The notes under the pieces are model-generated. The model ran no database searches, had not been told where the DNA came from, and saw nothing but the letters and a program-made list of their open reading frames with translations. Below, piece after piece: positions 59,025 to 64,000 of a DNA stretch of 64,000 bases (its first letter is position 1; every line of letters begins with the position of its first letter). The position numbers and the translations under genes are program-made. This DNA is from a virus (taxonomy: Duplodnaviria; Caudoviricetes), in the IMG/VR virus record IMGVR_UViG_3300031998_000058, positions 8,321 to 72,320 of that record; one strand, written 5' to 3'.

Positions 59025-59396
59025 CTATTTCTTAGAGGCATCCAGTCTTTTTTTATTATTTTTACAGGCATCTTGAATTTCGTAATTATCAGTATAAAGG
59101 ACCCCGACTTCAAGCGAGGATATATCGGCGGCTAACATTATCATATTCAGCCTTCCATCATCATCAAGTTTTTCAAGCTGCTGGTCTTTGATCAGATCGA
59201 ATTTACCTTCCAACCCTTTAAGTTCAGAATACAAAACCAAATAGTTTCCCTTGTTTACGCGGCCGTATTCATCAACCGTATCCAGGATTTCTTCGCAAAT
59301 TGACCGTGCTTCTTCCGGTATGCCTGACTGTTTGCATGCGCCAAAGCTCAATGCCATAGTGCATACGAGCAACAACACCACTATCTTTCTACCCAT
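59025..59396 (-). CDS. Putative lipoprotein (possible superinfection-exclusion or lysogenic conversion gene)
   Basis: Basic N-terminus, hydrophobic stretch and lipobox FGA-C. Confidence 0.7.
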   Translation of the reverse strand: MGRKIVVLLLVCTMALSFGACKQSGIPEEARSICEEILDTVDEYGRVNKGNYLVLYSELKGLEGKFDLIKDQQLEKLDDDGRLNMIMLAADISSLEVGVLYTDNYEIQDACKNNKKRLDASKK

Positions 59397-59448
59397 CCAG
59401 CTTGTCCTCCATGCTTCTATATTATAGAACCTCCTGCTTAACGGGTTA

Positions 59449-59499
59449 CAGCCACCAATACCACACTTCTCTCCCCTTGGTATTAGCGGCTGCTTTTTG
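59449..59499 (+). terminator. Intrinsic terminator (plus strand)
   Basis: cagccaccaatacc...ggtattagcggctg followed by cTTTTT. Confidence 0.6.
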
Positions 59500-59549
59500 T
59501 CATCCCGTCATTTCTTTCAGATAGGATAATCCCTCTGCATGTACTTATT

Positions 59550-59577
59550 ATTATACTACGATATAGTAGAAATTCAA
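59550..59577 (-). promoter_or_regulatory. Promoter TTGAAT-N16-TATAAT upstream of the lipoprotein gene
   Basis: Same TTGAATTTCT start and 16-nt spacer as the cI promoter. Confidence 0.55.
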
Positions 59578-59819
59578 TCCACTTTTTCTGCTACCGGATG
59601 ATAACCGTCTTCAGATTCTTCACTCTTGTACTGATGATTCTGCCTGGACGTAATTGCCAGATGATTCAGCTGGCGCCTGGTAACAAGATAGTCCGATTCC
59701 GTTTCGGTCGTGTATATCTTGTACCTGCAGTTCCGACAGATCCGTTCGCGCAGGACAGACTTCTTATACTTTGCTGTCTTAATTACCTTGGTTTTCCCAC
59801 CACATTCCGGACAGACCAT
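59574..59819 (-). CDS. Zn-ribbon protein (NrdR-N-like)
   Basis: MVCPECGG.TKVI.T...RERIC.NC..K..TTE. Confidence 0.65.
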   Translation of the reverse strand: MVCPECGGKTKVIKTAKYKKSVLRERICRNCRYKIYTTETESDYLVTRRQLNHLAITSRQNHQYKSEESEDGYHPVAEKVD

Positions 59820-60133
59820 TACTTATCCCCTCCACATGTCATCTGCGTCACATCGATCACATCACCTATGCATGTGTCGCTGATGGTCCGAACCACTGAA
59901 TACAAACGGCATCTTACAAACGGCATACTTCCAGGGTATTCAGACTGTATGATTTCCCCATGTTCGCAATCGATACACTGCGTATTAGGATCGACAGTAA
60001 CTGTTTCTGGTTTCGGCTGGTCGATGGTCGGCTGCTCTGCCAGCTTGGTCTTATTACATTGTTCGCACTCTGAGACCCACGGAGCATATACATTCTGGCA
60101 TCTTGGGCAGATCCAGCCTTTCACTTCTCTCAT
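59819..60133 (-). CDS. Cys-rich hypothetical protein
   Basis: GWICPRC...PW..EC..C and C.DC.H...C. Confidence 0.55.
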   Translation of the reverse strand: MREVKGWICPRCQNVYAPWVSECEQCNKTKLAEQPTIDQPKPETVTVDPNTQCIDCEHGEIIQSEYPGSMPFVRCRLYSVVRTISDTCIGDVIDVTQMTCGGDK

Positions 60134-60423
60134 TTTCTATCATCCTCCTCCGGGTCATCATTGTTAAGATTGTCTACTATGGCCTTCACGCAGCACTGGA
60201 TGTCAACGCAGATTTCATTACACCATGTACTTAGATTGTCCTTTGCAATTTCGCACGCTATTGCTCGTGGATTGATGTCTCTTATAGCATCCTTTAATCC
60301 CTTCTCAGGGCCGTTAGTGATCCAGCACTTCTTCACCATTTCTGAATACAGAAGATCCCGCGTAGTATTACTGTATTTCATGGCTACATTCAAAGCGTCT
60401 TCAACAGTTACCATCAAGCTCAT
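60130..60423 (-). CDS. Hypothetical protein
   Basis: 97-aa ORF. Confidence 0.5.
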   Translation of the reverse strand: MSLMVTVEDALNVAMKYSNTTRDLLYSEMVKKCWITNGPEKGLKDAIRDINPRAIACEIAKDNLSTWCNEICVDIQCCVKAIVDNLNNDDPEEDDRK

Positions 60424-60478
60424 ATGATTCCCCTTTCTTAGTTCATTGCGGTTTGAGTTTGTATCTATTGCTGTTCAG

Positions 60479-61792
60479 TCAGCGTTCCAGTGATTTGAAC
60501 GACGTAGTTGCCGACTGCCACAACAACTTCACTGTTCCGACCGGACCGTTCCGCTGCTTCGCAAAAATCAGATCCGCCACGTTTTTCTCGTCGGAATCCT
60601 CGTAATAATAGTCATCCCGATAGATGAAGCAAACAACATCTGCATCCTGTTCGATGGCTCCGGACTCACGCAAGTCAGATAAGACAGGACGCTTATCTGC
60701 CCTGGTCTCCACAGCTCTTGACAGCTGCGACAAAGCTACGACAGGAACGTTCAGTTCGCGCGCTAGCTGTTTTAAGCCCCTGGATATATCCGATATCTCC
60801 TGCTGCCTGGAATTTCCTTTTGAATTTGGCGAGGTCATCAACTGTAGGTAATCCACGAACACAACGTCCAGTCCCTGATCCAGCTTGATCTTTCTACACT
60901 TGGATATCATTTCCGCAGCAGTGATCCCTGGAGTATCATCGATAACAAGATTCGAACGTCCGATATTGTTTGAGGCGTCAATAAGCTTCTGCCAGTCTTC
61001 ATCTTCCAGATGCCCGCTTCTGAGTTTTGTGGCACCGATCCCGGTATTCATGGAGAGTAGTCTGTTGATCAGCTGTGAACGGGACATCTCGAGAGAGAAA
61101 ATGGCGACTGTATGTTTATACTTTAATACCATGTTGTTTGCGATATTCAGAGCAAGAGCCGTCTTTCCCATTGAGGGTCTTGCGGCTATCAGGATAAGGT
61201 CAGATGGTTGGAACCCCAATGTCATCTTGTTAATATCATAATATCCGGTGGATACACCTGTGATGTTGCCCTGGGTAACGGCCGCCTTTTCAATCTGTCT
61301 GATTACTTCTACGACAGCTTTGCTAATCGGTACAATGTCCGTCTTCGTTCCTTCCTGCAACAAATCGAACATTTGCTTCTCTGCCTTATCTAATATTGCA
61401 GAAGGATCCTCCGAATCATAGCATGCTGCACTGATCTCATCCGCGGCTTTAATGGTCCGGCGCAATACTGATGTCTTCTTTACGATATCGGCATACTCGT
61501 TCGCATGTACGGACGTGACCTCTTCAAGCATGATTGCTTTCAGTGCATCGTTCAAGCTGCCAGAATCCAGAACGCAATGCTGTAAGGCGTCACGTAATGT
61601 TACGATGTCTAACGCTTTCCCCGCTCCGCTGACCTCAAGCATTGCTTCGTAGATAGCTTTATGTACCGGCCAGTAGAAGTCATCAGGGCTTAGTCTGTGT
61701 ACAACGATATCAACCGCTTCCTTGCTTAAAAGCATGGAAGACAGCACTGATCGTTCCGCTTCTGTATTGCTGGGTGGCTTTTTCCCTGCCAT
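60479..61792 (-). CDS. dnaB: Replicative DNA helicase
   Basis: P.N.EAE.SVL, AARPSMGKT, FSLEM, VDYLQL, LSQLSR, SDLRESGAIEQDAD, KQRNGP. Confidence 0.95.
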   Translation of the reverse strand: MAGKKPPSNTEAERSVLSSMLLSKEAVDIVVHRLSPDDFYWPVHKAIYEAMLEVSGAGKALDIVTLRDALQHCVLDSGSLNDALKAIMLEEVTSVHANEYADIVKKTSVLRRTIKAADEISAACYDSEDPSAILDKAEKQMFDLLQEGTKTDIVPISKAVVEVIRQIEKAAVTQGNITGVSTGYYDINKMTLGFQPSDLILIAARPSMGKTALALNIANNMVLKYKHTVAIFSLEMSRSQLINRLLSMNTGIGATKLRSGHLEDEDWQKLIDASNNIGRSNLVIDDTPGITAAEMISKCRKIKLDQGLDVVFVDYLQLMTSPNSKGNSRQQEISDISRGLKQLARELNVPVVALSQLSRAVETRADKRPVLSDLRESGAIEQDADVVCFIYRDDYYYEDSDEKNVADLIFAKQRNGPVGTVKLLWQSATTSFKSLER

Positions 61793-62029
61793 GACCTATG
61801 CTCCTTTTTTTATACGGGCGCCGCCTCGCCCGTAATGGAATTTGTGTTAGAAAAGGGTTATTCTTTTTTTTATTTTGTTTTTACGCAAAACACCAGGCGG
61901 GGTGATTACGTCTTTGGGCGGGTGCAGCCGCCCGTTAGGACAAACCATAACAGATAGCAGGAAGAGCAATATGGGCTGACAATCGATCTGCACATCGGCT
62001 ATGAATCAATGCTTACGGATCCTACCAAA

Positions 62030-62102
62030 TAGCGGGGGCGAGATTCGAACTCGCGACTATAAACGTATGAGGCTTATCTGCTGACCACTGCATTACCCCG
62101 CA
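62030..62102 (-). tRNA. tRNA with CAT anticodon, fMet-like acceptor, degenerate
   Basis: TGCGGGG/CCCCGCT+A (1:72 mismatch), anticodon loop CTCATAC, T-arm GCGAG-TTCGAAT-CTCGC; lacks the three G-C pairs of initiator anticodon stems; no encoded CCA. Confidence 0.7.
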
Positions 62103-62121
62103 TTGTTTACCACTTTAACCT

Positions 62122-62388
62122 CTACTTATTCTTTCGGGCTCGCTTTAAACGTTCCGCTGCCGCTGCCTTTTGTTCCTCGGTCATTACCCTGGACGGGTTG
62201 TTGATCTTTAGATATCGGAGCGGGAACTGGCACAGGATACTTCCATCTTTGTTCTCTTCCATGATCCGTACATCGTTTGGATGCTGTTCTGCTAACTTCT
62301 TGATCTTTGTAATGTATCTTCCCTGTGAGATGGTGGCAGTCACAATCTCTTGATTAGTGATCCACTCAATGTTGTTTTCATACGCCAT
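62122..62388 (-). CDS. Conserved-type small phage protein
   Basis: EN.IEWI..Q..VTAT.SQ.RYI.KI..LAE.HP..V...N.DGSI...P...TEEQK.AAAERL. Confidence 0.6.
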   Translation of the reverse strand: MAYENNIEWITNQEIVTATISQGRYITKIKKLAEQHPNDVRIMEENKDGSILCQFPLRYLKINNPSRVMTEEQKAAAAERLKRARKNK

Positions 62389-62397
62389 CTTCTTCTC

Positions 62398-63532
62398 CTA
62401 TCCCAGAACCAGCTGTAGCTGTCCTGTTGCTTCTTCTTTCAGCTTTGGTTTCTTTGTCCGTGGTTTCCGCTTCTTTGGCTTTGGTTCTTCCCCTTCCCAG
62501 AACCGGCATGCCATCCATGATCGCTTCCAGTTGCTATCCTGGTCTCCGTGTTTCTCGCACATGAACTCTTTACTCCTGGCCGGAGACCTTACACAGCTTA
62601 TGCAATCTCCACAGGTATGTTCTGTATTGCATCCACCGGAGCGTTTATACATCAGGCTGATTCTTGCGCTCATTGACTCCTACTCGCTTTCTTCCAATAT
62701 GTATGGCTGATCTTTGCGTTCTTGTCTGTCATGCGTCCATTCCTAACGCTCTCGCACAAGACTTCCAGCAGGAATGTCTCTTCGGATTTAGGGTCGGACT
62801 TATATGCTTCTTCGTATCGGTCAAATATTGTCGGTAGTCTCTTAGTCACTGTCCTTCTCCTTCGCCTCAAACAAGTGTCCAACGCTTATCTGTCGCTCTA
62901 TAAATGCGTATTGCCAGTTTTCTATGAAAGCTCTGGTCTTGACCCAGCGGACCCAGTAAAAGCATTTCGCTTTGCTGTTAACGAACTCAGCCATGGACTT
63001 AATCTGTTTACCTTTTATGTATTTGGAGTTGCTCATGTTTTCTTCTCTCCTTCTCCAGCGCAATCCAGGCAAAAAATATCTATGTTCATTCCTTGATATG
63101 CAATACAATGGATTACTTGCGCACCATCACCAATAATCATCCGTGGAAACACCATTGTTCCGATATGAGTTCCGCACTTGGCACACGTTAAGGTCAATTG
63201 ATTGGTGAGCATCGCCTTTTGCGTTTCTGATTTTGGCTTGGACTTTTGCATTCTTCCTTCTCCTCTGCCTCTAAGAGCTGTCCTGATTTGATCCGGTGCA
63301 GTAACACATCCTTGTTCCAGGTCTTGACCTCTTCCTTGCTCTTTAATGTTCGTGTTCCGGCATATACTATGAAGTACTCAGCTTTGCTGCTTTTGAAATC
63401 AGATACGGAGATGATCGCTCTTCCGTCAGTATATTTATCCTTGTTTGTGTACTCCATTCGCATCATCTTGTCCTCTTTCTGTTTATTTACTTCCCGCAGT
63501 CGGAGTTGAACCGACATCTGCACCACGCCCAA
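62398..63532 (-). other. Chain of small hypothetical ORFs (62398-62673, 62670-62882, 62842-about 63036, 63033-63251, 63194-about 63466)
   Basis: Overlapping minus-strand ORFs in the ORF track; two are paralogous. Confidence 0.55.
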
Positions 63533-63695
63533 TCAATACCACGCATGATACTGACAGGACCCGCTCTCCCCATTGAGCTATACGGGAACCTGATGCCCAG
63601 AGCGTCCCCTGAGCCTTCTGCGCAATCCTGTTATGGTGGCCGTGACAGGTTCACGGGCTGATTGCTTCGACGCCACCATAAAGCGCATACGGGGC

Positions 63696-63756
63696 GAGTC
63701 AGGAGTCGAACCTGCGTTTCGGTGTGATGGGCACCGCTGTTGCCTTTGGCATACTC
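63696..63756 (-). ncRNA. Minimal or degenerate tRNA-like structure
   Basis: T-arm CAGG-TTCGACT-CCTG, stem-loop GGTG-CCCATCA-CACC, TGCC-AAA-GGCA; only a 4-bp closing stem. Confidence 0.35.
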
Positions 63757-63932
63757 TACGAATGTAATCAGCATTCCTCCCTTTGCCTACGCTTACCGCC
63801 CCATGAGCAGTCCATCCAAAGTTCGCTGACAATACGTTCCACTCCTTGCGGTTCCTCCGTTCTGATACAGTAACGGCTACCGATATCATCAACTGTGAAA
63901 AGTTCTCTGCTCTGTCAGTATTTCATTTCTAA

Positions 63933-64000
63933 TTGTGCGGGTAGGGATTTGCACCCCACATGAGCTAACCACCTTCTTTGTGGACAGACGTATCGGATTA
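63933..64000 (-). ncRNA. 3' half of a second TGCAAAT-loop tRNA-like RNA (truncated by the window edge)
   Basis: TCATGTGGGG-TGCAAAT-CCCTAC-CCGCACA resembles the 3' end of the 46329-46468 RNA. Confidence 0.5.

Larger units (their letters stand above)
1..64000. mobile_element. Temperate siphovirus genome segment (probably the non-integrated form)
   Basis: TerL, portal, capsid, tape measure, holin/endolysin, cI/cro, tyrosine integrase. Phage-type genes lie on both sides of the att-like site and no host housekeeping operon is visible. Confidence 0.95.

Noticed and set aside
1-64000. Stop-codon reassignment as the cause of split genes
   Set aside because: Long genes are intact in the standard code. 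The breaks coincide with G-homopolymers, need a frame change and end at different stop codons (TAG, TGA).
58750-64000. Host chromosome flank beyond an attL/attR junction
   Set aside because: Apart from a host-like DnaB, the genes are short, overlapping, phage-type ORFs and tRNA-like elements; arm repeats lie on both sides of the core and no complete tRNA gene is attached to it.

Overview
The whole window is part of one temperate, tailed (siphovirus-type) phage, most likely of a Firmicute/Clostridia host. No host genes are visible. Almost everything is on the minus strand. Reading in the direction of transcription (right to left): (1) a block of early-type genes with DnaB helicase and tRNA-like RNAs at 59-64 kb; (2) a probable intact attP at about 58.55-58.85 kb; (3) the plus-strand cI-int pair and the cro switch; (4) recombination and replication genes (YqaJ, RecT, SSB, RusA, initiator, DnaC-like); (5) a PAPS-reductase/adenine-methylase cluster, about 25 small ORFs and an ncRNA island; (6) ThyA and a DUF5664-HTH gene; (7) terminase, portal, protease, capsid, a holin-endolysin pair, fibre/decoration genes, a GT2 glycosyltransferase and four BspA-type LRR paralogs; (8) the tail module with a 2088-aa tape measure protein. 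Most notable results: (a) four copies of a covarying RNA element (hexaloop hairpin, 7-nt spacer, AACAAG hexaloop hairpin, overlapping intrinsic terminator) gate the late region, which looks like a phage antitermination system with ANTAR-like architecture but its own loop sequence; a small 59-aa ORF is a candidate regulator; (b) five G7-G9 tracts, four of which put a gene or a C-terminal InlB-B-repeat-like domain out of frame by one base (phase variation versus homopolymer error is unresolved); (c) a tandem LRR array joined by near-identical DNA; (d) tRNA-scaffold RNAs with replaced anticodon arms. No reverse transcriptase, invertase or CRISPR array was found. All family assignments come from motif recognition by eye, not from database searches.
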